Shown here in pieces: positions 46,810-55,558 of a DNA stretch of 64,000 nucleotides. The stretch is taken from the NCBI GenBank assembly GCA_033763315.1, contig JANRKS010000034.1, forward strand, positions 256,001-320,000, written 5' to 3'. The notes beneath the pieces are model-generated. The model saw only the letters and a program-made list of their open reading frames with translations. It was not told the DNA's origin and did not search any database. The position numbers were made by a program, and so were the translations under genes. This stretch comes from Deltaproteobacteria bacterium. Lineage in GTDB: Bacteria > Myxococcota_A > Polyangia > Fen-1088. Position 1 is the stretch's first letter. The number at the start of each line of letters is the position of its first letter.

Positions 46810-48501
46810 ATGCGGTTTCTTTTGTCAGCGGTGCTATGCGCGACGTTCGCGCTCTCTTTGGCGTGCACAGGGCGAATTGCAGGTGCCGGCGGCGATTGGC
46901 CCGACCATGACGGCAGCGGTGGCCAAGGCGGCGATGATGCCCAACCAGGCGGTGGTTCCGCGAGCGCATCAGACGCGTCCGTTGTGTCGTCTGGCGCGAG
47001 GCTGTCGCGCTTAACGCATTTTCAGTGGCAAAATGCGGTTCGCGATTTGCTGCGTCTGAAAGCCTTGCCGGTGGTGCCCCAGCTGCAGGCGGACGCTGTG
47101 CAAGGCTTCGACAACAACAACGCGGGGCCCGCTTTAGATGTTTCGCTTGAACTTCGCAGCGATTACGAGCAGGCATCCGAATCTATCGCTCGCGCGGTTG
47201 TCGCCGACGCCAACGCTGTGGCCGGTTTGATTCCGAAGTCAGCGCCTAGCGATTTCGAGGGCAAATCACGTGCGGTTATACGTGCCTTGGCCGAACGTGC
47301 CTACCGCAGGCCCCTGCGCGGCGACGAGGACAGTGCCTTGTGGGATTTGTTTAGCCAGGGGCCATCCTTGGTCAACAACGCAGATCGGTTCAAAGCAGGT
47401 TTGGAAGTGTTGGTCGGCGCGTTGTTGCAGTCGCCCATGTTCCTCTATCGCGTGGAACTTGGTGAGGGCGAGAATACCGATGACTTTTCGCTGACACCAT
47501 TTGAGCTTGCCACCCGTTTGGCTTTCGCGCTGACCGACACCATGCCCGATGACGAATTGTTCGAGGCCGCGCGCGCGGGACGTCTTAAAACTGCGGACGA
47601 AGTTGAACGGCAAGCCTCGCGCTTGCTGCAGTCCGGCGCGGCAAAAGCCAGCGGCCGGCATTTTCACGAGCAACTCTTTCGGATGGCCGCGTACGACAGG
47701 ATCAGCAAGGACCCGAAGTCATTCCCTACGTTTTCGCCTGACTTGCCACAGCTGATGAAAGAAGAAAGCCTTCGCTTCCTTGACGACATCCTGGCAGACG
47801 AGCGTCCGGCAGAAGCGATTCTTAATGGAGACACTTCGTTTGTGAACGCGAAACTGGCGGCGCTTTATGATGTTTCGGGATCCTTTGACGATGGCTTCAA
47901 GAAGACGACACTGAACACCAAGCAGCGGCGTGGCTTGCTTACACAAGCCGGTTTTCTGGCGGCGAATGCGGATGCGCACAACCCGGACCCCATTCACCGC
48001 GGTGTTTTCATCAGCCACGTTCTACTGTGCAAAGTCTTGCCCCCGCCGGCCATGAACGCTTCACCCGTTCCTGTGTCCGAGACCAAGACAAACCGCCAGC
48101 GGGTCGAGGCTCACACCGGCAAAGGGACGTGCGGCGCCGGTTGCCACGCAACGCTGATCAACCCGCTGGGGTATGCGTTTGAATCTTTCGATGCGATGGG
48201 CCGCTATCGAACGAAGGACAATGGCGCAGATGTAGACGCCAGCGGAGAGTACGGCGAGCTTTCAGAGGGCCCCATTCGTTTCTCCGATGGCATTGAACTC
48301 AGCGAGCAATTGTCTCATAGCCGCGATTTTCACGAATGCTACTTTGACAATTGGCTGCAATACCTGTGGGCACGTGAGCCGCACGAGGGCGATTCGGTAG
48401 CGCTGGCGGCCTCTGTGAAGGCGTCTTTGGATGGTCAAAGCGTTCGTGATGTTCTGATGGCGATGATTACCAGCCCATCGTTTCGAAGGTTCGTACGATG
48501 A
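46810..48501 (+). CDS. DUF1592/DUF1588 lipoprotein with CxxxCH (pair 3)
   Basis: Lipobox SLAC, LSRLT, SPMFLYRVE, RRGLLTQ, DPIHRG, CGAGCH. Confidence 0.9.
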   Translation: MRFLLSAVLCATFALSLACTGRIAGAGGDWPDHDGSGGQGGDDAQPGGGSASASDASVVSSGARLSRLTHFQWQNAVRDLLRLKALPVVPQLQADAVQGFDNNNAGPALDVSLELRSDYEQASESIARAVVADANAVAGLIPKSAPSDFEGKSRAVIRALAERAYRRPLRGDEDSALWDLFSQGPSLVNNADRFKAGLEVLVGALLQSPMFLYRVELGEGENTDDFSLTPFELATRLAFALTDTMPDDELFEAARAGRLKTADEVERQASRLLQSGAAKASGRHFHEQLFRMAAYDRISKDPKSFPTFSPDLPQLMKEESLRFLDDILADERPAEAILNGDTSFVNAKLAALYDVSGSFDDGFKKTTLNTKQRRGLLTQAGFLAANADAHNPDPIHRGVFISHVLLCKVLPPPAMNASPVPVSETKTNRQRVEAHTGKGTCGAGCHATLINPLGYAFESFDAMGRYRTKDNGADVDASGEYGELSEGPIRFSDGIELSEQLSHSRDFHECYFDNWLQYLWAREPHEGDSVALAASVKASLDGQSVRDVLMAMITSPSFRRFVR

Positions 48502-49919
48502 AGAAATCCACGCGTCGTCAGGTGCTCAAAGGATTGGGTGGTGCCACGCTCGCCTTGCCCGCATTGGATATCTTTGAAGGCCGAGCCAAAGCGGAAGACC
48601 CGCCCACGTACGCGGTGTTCGTGGTCGCCTCGAATGGTGTCGTTCAAGATCTCGGAAGCGAGCCAGAACTTTTTTGGCCGAGCCGTCCGGGCCCCTTGTC
48701 ACGCGCAGCCTTGGAGGCGGAGCAGGGGACCCGCGCCACCGCAATGTTGGCGCGCCACGCTGATAAATTGCTTGTTGTCCGTGGTGTGAACCACGCCTTT
48801 GAATCGCGGAATACGTGCGGTCATACGTGGGGCAATAACCAGTGCCTCACGGCACAGCCAGGCTCTGAAGACCTTGATGGGCCAGCCACCAGTTTGGCAA
48901 TGGGCGAATCAATTGATTATCGGATCGCGCGCGAGAAGACCGTTTCGGGGCGTGGACCGCTTACTTTGCATGCGGGTCTGAACGCTGCCGGGGGCGACGG
49001 TTACGGAAACCCTGGGTATGTTTCTTACAAGGGCCCGAAGCAGCCCATGAGCCCTGACTCAAGCCCATGGGCGGCCTACCTTCGTCTCTCTGGTTTGAGC
49101 AATGCCGACCCTACCTTGGCGAAAATGGTGGTTACCCGCCGAAAGAGCGTTAACGACTTCGTGCGGTCTCAGATCAAAACCTTGGAGTCGCGCAAGGATT
49201 TGAGCGCCGAGGATCGGCGCCGTTTAGACGCGCATTTATCGGCTGTGCGTGACCTAGAGCTAGGAATGGCCACGACGCTCTCGCCGGCGACGGCCAAAGA
49301 AATGGAAGCCCTCGACGGTAAAGACGTGATGATGCGCGTCAAGGTCAACCTAAGCGAGAACCGAGAAGCCGTAATTCGCTTACACATGGAACTCATCGCA
49401 TTTGCGTTTGCGGGCGATTTGTTCAGATCGGCCACACTCAAGATTGGGGACAACAATGACGGGTGGCAAGCCGTCATCGATGGCGTTCAACAACCGAGCT
49501 TCCACATGATCTCGCACGGCGTGCTGGCTGACGGAGGCGATGGCCCCGTGATTGAAAACGCTGTACAGATGCATGCGAAGATTGTGCGCATCTTCATGTC
49601 GCAGTTCGGGATTTTGGCAGACAGACTGGCTGCCGTATCTTCCCCCTCAGGCTCCCTTTTGGATCGAGGCTATTGTGTGTTTGCGAATCAGGTCTCGAAT
49701 GGCAATCACGACTTGCGCAACATGCCCTATGTGATTGTGGGCAAAGCCAACGGTCGGCTCAAGACGGGGCGCTTCGTGGACCTTGGGGGCGTGCCGCATA
49801 ACCTGATGCTCAATGCCCTCCTCGCGGCCGCCGGGGTCACGAAGCCTGGTGGAGCACCGGTGGACGACTTCGGTGCCGTGTCTTTGAAGAAGGGCATCCT
49901 CACCGACTTGCTCACTTAG
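48498..49919 (+). CDS. DUF1552 family Tat-exported protein (pair 3)
   Basis: STRRQVLKG, ESID, RKSVND, FHMISH; ATGA overlap with the upstream gene. Confidence 0.9.
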   Translation: MKKSTRRQVLKGLGGATLALPALDIFEGRAKAEDPPTYAVFVVASNGVVQDLGSEPELFWPSRPGPLSRAALEAEQGTRATAMLARHADKLLVVRGVNHAFESRNTCGHTWGNNQCLTAQPGSEDLDGPATSLAMGESIDYRIAREKTVSGRGPLTLHAGLNAAGGDGYGNPGYVSYKGPKQPMSPDSSPWAAYLRLSGLSNADPTLAKMVVTRRKSVNDFVRSQIKTLESRKDLSAEDRRRLDAHLSAVRDLELGMATTLSPATAKEMEALDGKDVMMRVKVNLSENREAVIRLHMELIAFAFAGDLFRSATLKIGDNNDGWQAVIDGVQQPSFHMISHGVLADGGDGPVIENAVQMHAKIVRIFMSQFGILADRLAAVSSPSGSLLDRGYCVFANQVSNGNHDLRNMPYVIVGKANGRLKTGRFVDLGGVPHNLMLNALLAAAGVTKPGGAPVDDFGAVSLKKGILTDLLT

Positions 49920-50005
49920 CTCCGCAAGGAGTGCGCTCGATTGGTAGAGGCACAGCGGTGAGCTGATCATGCATCGAATCGCTCCAATCGCACACGCGCG
50001 CGCCG

Positions 50006-50170
50006 TTATCTGGCGTACCCGACGAATGAAAAGCCCGTGGCGCGACGAAAGAAACGTGTAAAGGTAGAAGTGCTATCGCAGCCACGCTGGCCACCTCAGC
50101 TACGGATACGGTGCTCGCCAAGTCTTTGGGAATGTAGCGGCAGATGCGATCCAGTGGTTCAACGTCGCTA
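50006..50170 (-). pseudogene. AraC HTH remnant with a 1-nt deletion
   Basis: LDRICRYI...VSVAEVASVAA, then AT[G]AGC shifts frame to STSTFTRFFRRATGFSFVGY followed by a stop. Confidence 0.7.
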
Positions 50171-50241
50171 TCGCTCAGTGCAGCTGTGGCAAACGTGGCG
50201 GTGGATAGCCGTCGTGAACCACGACCACGCAACAAATGGGC

Positions 50242-51720
50242 TCACACCCGCATCAGTTGAGCAAGCGTTCCGCTCCCCGGATCGTTGTCACCAAATTTCT
50301 CCACGGGCATGCCGAACACCTGCGCGATCGACGTGAGCAGGCGGTGATGAACCACCCACTTTGCAACTTCTGGTTTGCTGCCCGGCATCGCGCCGGGGCT
50401 GGGCAACTTGATTGATTGCCCAGTTTTGAACGCAAAGTTCCCACCGCCGGCCATCCACAAGGGAAACCTGACGTGTTGATGAGGCCCAAGCTCAAGCGAC
50501 TGCAAGGTGGTGGTATCGGAGCCAAACAATACCAGCGTGTTGTCGAGAACGGTGCCGTTGCCTTCCTTGATGGAATCAAGGCGCCCGAGCAGATAGGCCC
50601 ATCGGGCTGCATACCAGCGGTCGAAGTTCTTGTGGGCTTCGATGTCAGCGGGGCGGCCTTTACCGTCCCCGACCGCGTGTGTCGTGCCGTGTTGGTCTCC
50701 GCCTGGCACAGCTTCGTCCATACCCCCATCACAAATGCCAAGCTGCAACGAAGCTGAGCGCGTGAGATCGCATGCGAAGGCCGCGGCGATAAGATCCATC
50801 TGTATGTGTACGCGGTCTTCGATCTTTGTTGGCACCGAGAACGCAGGCTTGGCGCAGCCTTCAGCGGCTGTGCCTGGCGCGGCCTGCGACGTGCCGCCCG
50901 AGGGGGCGGATGGTGTCGTTGGCGTCGCGCCGCCGCCCATCAGCTTGAGACGGTTCTCTAGGCTACTGATGCCATCGAGATGAGCGTCAACTTTCCTTTG
51001 ATCTTCACTGCCCGCCAACTTGCGCACGCGCCCTAGATCGTCCTTCACCAAGTTCAAGACGGACTGCTGCTGTTTGCGCGCGCGCTCCAAAGCACTCGTA
51101 TCAATGGGAGGAGAGGGGGTGCCGGGTGTCGGTGTGCCCGTTCCTCTGTCTGGCAACGTTGGCCCTGTGAATCCCTTGAACAGCATGTCGAACGCCGCTT
51201 GCGGGCTGCCCTGCGCTGTTACGGGCGTCTGCGCTTTGCTGAAGAACACGCCCGTGTGAGGGGCAGGTGCGCCGGCGTTCACGCCCAGGGCCAGCGACCG
51301 AAACTGCGTTTTCGCCTGTCCGTATTGGAAGTCGGCCACCGCCTGTTCAATGGACGGGCCATTCGCGAAGCTCGCCTTCTTTGCGCCCGTGAATACCATT
51401 GTCCCGCCCGACGCGTGCTCGTTGTCGTCGTTGCTAAAGAACCATTGAGGGCCGTAGAGGGCCAACCCGTCCAAGTACAACAGTTTGCTCTTCCACTGGT
51501 TCAAGGCCGTCATCGTTTCGCCCAAAGTGAAGCTGGCGCCCGAGCCCGTGGGCCAGAACGAATTCTCCAAGTATCCAAGCGGACTGAAGACTGTCAGAAT
51601 TCTCTTTGGAACGGTGGCTCCGTAAAGCGATTGCGGCAGAAACGGCGCAAGTCTGGCTGCGCCACCTGCCGCGGTGACGGCTACCAACATTCTGCGACGA
51701 GAAAGCGAAAAGGTGCTCAT
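50242..51720 (-). CDS. DUF1552 family Tat-exported protein (pair 4)
   Basis: LSRRRML, PSIEQ, QSVLN, AFACDLTRSASLQ, QHGTTH, VLDNTLV. Confidence 0.9.
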   Translation of the reverse strand: MSTFSLSRRRMLVAVTAAGGAARLAPFLPQSLYGATVPKRILTVFSPLGYLENSFWPTGSGASFTLGETMTALNQWKSKLLYLDGLALYGPQWFFSNDDNEHASGGTMVFTGAKKASFANGPSIEQAVADFQYGQAKTQFRSLALGVNAGAPAPHTGVFFSKAQTPVTAQGSPQAAFDMLFKGFTGPTLPDRGTGTPTPGTPSPPIDTSALERARKQQQSVLNLVKDDLGRVRKLAGSEDQRKVDAHLDGISSLENRLKLMGGGATPTTPSAPSGGTSQAAPGTAAEGCAKPAFSVPTKIEDRVHIQMDLIAAAFACDLTRSASLQLGICDGGMDEAVPGGDQHGTTHAVGDGKGRPADIEAHKNFDRWYAARWAYLLGRLDSIKEGNGTVLDNTLVLFGSDTTTLQSLELGPHQHVRFPLWMAGGGNFAFKTGQSIKLPSPGAMPGSKPEVAKWVVHHRLLTSIAQVFGMPVEKFGDNDPGSGTLAQLMRV

Positions 51721-51721
51721 A

Positions 51722-53443
51722 CTACTGCCCCCTGTAAAAGCGGAAAGAATCGCTGGCCACAAGCGAAAGGACGGCTGACTTGATGTCGCCCTTGCCGCTC
51801 AGAAACGTCTTCGTAAGGTCGTTTATAGAACACGCATCCTCACTTTGAGGGTCGCGTCCCAACGCAAACTTGATCCACTGCTGCGACATGCAGGTACGCA
51901 CTTCCGGGCTCTTCGCCAAGATGCCCGACATCTCCTTTGCGTTCGAGAACTTGCCGTCGCCTTCGATGTTCACGATTTCGCCGGATCCATCGATGTCGTG
52001 ACCGCCGCCATCCTTGGTGCGGAACGCGCCCATGGGGTCGTAGTTCTCAAACCCGAATCCGATGGAGTCCATCAATTGATGGCAGCCTTTGCACGACGGG
52101 TTTTCTTGGTGAATGCGTAAGAGCTCTTGCGCCGTTTTTGTTTCGGCGTCTGGCGGAAGCGTGAAATCAACTTTCACTGTGGGCGGAGGAACAACCTCAC
52201 AAAGCACGTCGCGACGGACCAAATGGCCCCTGTTGACGGCTCCGCGAGGTGAAAGCTGTGCGGGGTGCGACGCTAGCACCCCCGCCAACGTCAACAAACC
52301 TTGTCTCGAACCATCAGACACTTCAGCGCGACCATCATCGCTGGCCTTGATTCTGTCGCCATACACACGCGCCAGTGGCCCTTGCGGAAACACGTAAGCC
52401 CCGGTGAACATTTCTTCCACAGAGCCACTGCCCTTGGTCATCACGTAGCCGACGAACTTGCGCGGCTCCTCGGCCATCGCCTGACGCATCTCCTCAGTGA
52501 AATCGGGAAATCTGCCTGATTTGCTCACTTCAGCCGTAGTCACAGCGTCGATGCCCAGCAGCTCTACGTGAAACTCCTTTGCGACGTCGATGAACCTATC
52601 CGTGGCGATGAGCTTCTTTGCATAACTTTGTACGCCTTCGACGGTATCCAATTTGCCGTCCGCGGCTGCGGAGAACAAATCTGCGTCCGGCATCGTGCCT
52701 GTTAGGGTGTAGGCCAAGCGCGAGGCCATTTCGTAGCCATTTAGCTTGCGCATGCCGTTGTCGTCGGGGGCGCCCGCTTCCACCAGATAAAGAAAGTTCG
52801 GCGACGACAGCATGGCTTGCACCACGAGGCGGATGCCCGAAGCAAAACTCTCTTCCTTGCCCGTCATGTACAGACCGGCGAACGCGGATTTCTCGTCGCT
52901 TTGCAAGGGCCGGCGATAGGCGCGAGCGCCAAACGTTTCAATAAACCGTGTGGCGCAACGGTCTTCGCCCATCGTTTTCGTGTCACACGATAACAGCGAC
53001 GACAGATCTCCTGACGCCTTCTCGGATAGCGTTTTGGCCAAGGTGTCGTAGGCGCCCACGTCACCTTCTTCTACGGGAAACAATGCGTTTGTTTTGAACG
53101 GCCCCGTGCGCGAATCACCAAGGAGAATAGACGTGTCGGGGGCTTGCCCAAGCAGTTCCTTCACCGTGGCGGCGTATTGGCGAGCGGTTAGCCGACGCCA
53201 TCGACCGCTGCCCACCCCGCGCGATTCACACGCGCTTGGCCCCGGACCGCTGCCGCCATTGTCTACGTCGCCGCCGCCGGCGCCGCCGCGATCGTTCCCG
53301 TCACCCTTTGAGGACACCGATCCCGTGCAGCCTGCAGCCAGCGCGGAGATAGATCCTGTGGCGAGGCTGAATGCGAGAAGTTGGCGTGAGAGCCACCGAT
53401 GCGGATTCGCCGCCTGGCCGTAGCTATAGAACTTCCTGCCCAT
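51722..53443 (-). CDS. DUF1592/DUF1588 lipoprotein with CxxCH (pair 4)
   Basis: Lipobox AAGC, WRRLT, SPNFLYLVE, RQGLLT, CKGCH. Confidence 0.9.
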   Translation of the reverse strand: MGRKFYSYGQAANPHRWLSRQLLAFSLATGSISALAAGCTGSVSSKGDGNDRGGAGGGDVDNGGSGPGPSACESRGVGSGRWRRLTARQYAATVKELLGQAPDTSILLGDSRTGPFKTNALFPVEEGDVGAYDTLAKTLSEKASGDLSSLLSCDTKTMGEDRCATRFIETFGARAYRRPLQSDEKSAFAGLYMTGKEESFASGIRLVVQAMLSSPNFLYLVEAGAPDDNGMRKLNGYEMASRLAYTLTGTMPDADLFSAAADGKLDTVEGVQSYAKKLIATDRFIDVAKEFHVELLGIDAVTTAEVSKSGRFPDFTEEMRQAMAEEPRKFVGYVMTKGSGSVEEMFTGAYVFPQGPLARVYGDRIKASDDGRAEVSDGSRQGLLTLAGVLASHPAQLSPRGAVNRGHLVRRDVLCEVVPPPTVKVDFTLPPDAETKTAQELLRIHQENPSCKGCHQLMDSIGFGFENYDPMGAFRTKDGGGHDIDGSGEIVNIEGDGKFSNAKEMSGILAKSPEVRTCMSQQWIKFALGRDPQSEDACSINDLTKTFLSGKGDIKSAVLSLVASDSFRFYRGQ

Positions 53444-53505
53444 CTCATCTCCTTGGTGCGTCGATCCAACTGGATCACCAAAGAGGATGAGTTGTTTCGA
53501 TGTAG

Positions 53506-53527
53506 AAGGACATGGGCCGTTGGTCCC
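53506..53527 (-). promoter_or_regulatory. Putative NarL/DosR-type box upstream of DUF1592 pair 4
   Basis: Minus strand GGGACCAACGGCCC-ATGTCCTT, about 70 nt before ATG 53443. Confidence 0.55.
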
Positions 53528-53559
53528 GATGCTCCCTTCCTTCAGGGGGCAATGCGCTG

Positions 53560-54198
53560 TCAGCCCGCCACGAGCCGCTCAAGCGCCTGCCGCACGAGCT
53601 TCTTGGCGCGCGCCAAGGTCATGGCACCGCCGCGCACAGCCACCTGAAAGCACACGCCGTCTATCAACGCAACCAGGCTTCGCGTTGCTTCTGTGATGTT
53701 TAGGTCATTGTGCAAAGATCCATCTTGAACGCCAGCCTTGATCAGCCGCGCGACGATCGCGTTCCAAGCGCGGTAACGGCGTGCATGCGTGCGCGCCAGG
53801 TTCGGTTCATAAACCGCGCGCGACCAAAAGGCGATCCACAGGCGCCACTGTCGCATCGTCTCCGCGTCATCAGGCAGGACGGCGTCAACAAGGGCCGTTA
53901 GGCGTTGCAGCGCCGAGCCCTCGCGGCTTTGGCGAGCCAACGTTTCCGTAAAGCGGACGGATTCTCGCTCCAACGCTTCTGCCAGCAATTGATCCACGGA
54001 GGCAAAGTGGTGCGTCACTGTGCCGAGCGAAACCTGCGAAGCCTCCGCGATCCGGCGCATCGTGGCCGACAGCAGACCCTCATCAGCGATTACGCGCGCG
54101 GCGGCCTCTAAGACCATCGATCGGCGCACATCTGCGGAATGCCGGGCCACAGGCTGGCTATCTTCGGAGGTCGTACGTGAACGCTTACGCTTTGGCAT
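53560..54198 (-). CDS. TetR family regulator (BetI-like C-terminus)
   Basis: VLEAAARVIADEG...TMRRIAEASQVSLGTVTHHF; WIAFWSRA; LVALIDG. Confidence 0.95.
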   Translation of the reverse strand: MPKRKRSRTTSEDSQPVARHSADVRRSMVLEAAARVIADEGLLSATMRRIAEASQVSLGTVTHHFASVDQLLAEALERESVRFTETLARQSREGSALQRLTALVDAVLPDDAETMRQWRLWIAFWSRAVYEPNLARTHARRYRAWNAIVARLIKAGVQDGSLHNDLNITEATRSLVALIDGVCFQVAVRGGAMTLARAKKLVRQALERLVAG

Positions 54199-54201
54199 TG
54201 G

Positions 54202-55467
54202 CTAGCGCGGGATGAGTCGAAAAGGCCTTGTCATGAAGGCATAGTAGCTGTCTTTGGGGGCAGGCGGTTTCGTAAATTGTGAGTAGTCGCCTGAGAACAG
54301 CAGCGTGCCTTGCATGCCGTCGGCGCTTAACCACTTCGACGGAATCTGCGGCAGATAGGCCACATGCTCACCTTCCCACTTCGGTTCATGATGCACCAAA
54401 GCCCAGGGGCCCCACGGGGTGGGGCCTTCAACGATCGTTAGTTGGCGCGCTCGATGCCAGGTCTTTGCTGCAACCTCGGGCATGGTTGCCAATGAATGTG
54501 GAACCACATCGCTGAAGTAGGCAAGCAGGAAGCGACCAAGCCCCGCGTTCCAGGTCATGCTCGGATGCCCAACCTTTCCCGGATCGCTCAAGATCGGACG
54601 CGCGCGAAACTCTTCGTTTGTCCATGCTGGCTCTCCGGCAACGCCAGCGTAAAACTGCCATGCGGCACGATCCAGAATGCGTTCTCGCGGCACGCGGGCC
54701 ATGAAGATGTTGTTTCCGGTTTCCCAGTTTTCATCATTCGACAACGCGTAGACATAAGGTTCCAAGTTCTTCGGAACGTCTGTGTATCCAGGCCCAAATC
54801 CAACAAAGGCCAGCCCGCCAAAGTTGGGGCCGAGAAAATATGGTGTGGACGCATCAGGAATGTTCTGCCAGGTGTTACCGGCATCATCGGAATACATGAT
54901 GCCCGCCACGCCCGCGTGCGACGACACCGCGTCCAACAACATGGTCGCGGCATCCGGCCGAATCGGGTTGTTGCTCTGCTTTTCGGTCAGTCGCCAACGC
55001 TCGTTTCCAGGAAACGAATAGTCGTAGTCATACGCCGCCACATACAACCGTTTGTCCACGGCGAGCGCACCCGAGACGTACCGAACCTTGGCCGTGTTTT
55101 GTCGCCTCAAGCCAGGGAAGCGCGAAATTTCTTCTACCTTGTGTTGGGGCGGAACACCGGAGACGCGCAATAGATGTGCGAAGTGCCAAGGGTTATCGAA
55201 GTTGTGGCCATCGTCGTCAACGACATAGAGCTCCCCGTCGGCGCCCCATGTCCACCAGTGCATGTCCGTTGCCGTGCCGGGGTATTTAAATGCCGGCCCC
55301 GTAAACTCGAAGCCGCGGATTAGCTTGCTTTTCGGCAAGGGCGGGGCGCTCACGGGCCGCGCCGGGGATGCGGCGGCGTCTCGCGTGGGCGCATGCGCGC
55401 AAAGCGACGTCAAAAGGCCAGCGGATCCATAGGTGAACGCTCTGCGATTCATATTGCGATGGGCCAT
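54202..55467 (-). CDS. Tat-exported DUF4185-like beta-propeller (putative glycoside hydrolase)
   Basis: NRRAF twin Arg; D-W--TW-ADG...DG, YVYA, MARVP...W-FYAG, PTPWGPW, Y-P-IPSKW. Confidence 0.7.
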   Translation of the reverse strand: MAHRNMNRRAFTYGSAGLLTSLCAHAPTRDAAASPARPVSAPPLPKSKLIRGFEFTGPAFKYPGTATDMHWWTWGADGELYVVDDDGHNFDNPWHFAHLLRVSGVPPQHKVEEISRFPGLRRQNTAKVRYVSGALAVDKRLYVAAYDYDYSFPGNERWRLTEKQSNNPIRPDAATMLLDAVSSHAGVAGIMYSDDAGNTWQNIPDASTPYFLGPNFGGLAFVGFGPGYTDVPKNLEPYVYALSNDENWETGNNIFMARVPRERILDRAAWQFYAGVAGEPAWTNEEFRARPILSDPGKVGHPSMTWNAGLGRFLLAYFSDVVPHSLATMPEVAAKTWHRARQLTIVEGPTPWGPWALVHHEPKWEGEHVAYLPQIPSKWLSADGMQGTLLFSGDYSQFTKPPAPKDSYYAFMTRPFRLIPR

Positions 55468-55477
55468 GTTGCGCTAA

Positions 55478-55493
55478 TCGTACCAATGTACGA
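55478..55493. promoter_or_regulatory. Palindromic operator TCGTAC-N4-GTACGA (copy 3)
   Basis: TCGTACCAATGTACGA, 11 nt upstream of the DUF4185-TetR operon. Confidence 0.7.
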
Positions 55494-55558
55494 CAAGAAT
55501 TCAACATGTGGCCCGCAGAGGCGCCTTTGCCGCACGGGGGACCTTTGGGGGGCGGCCT

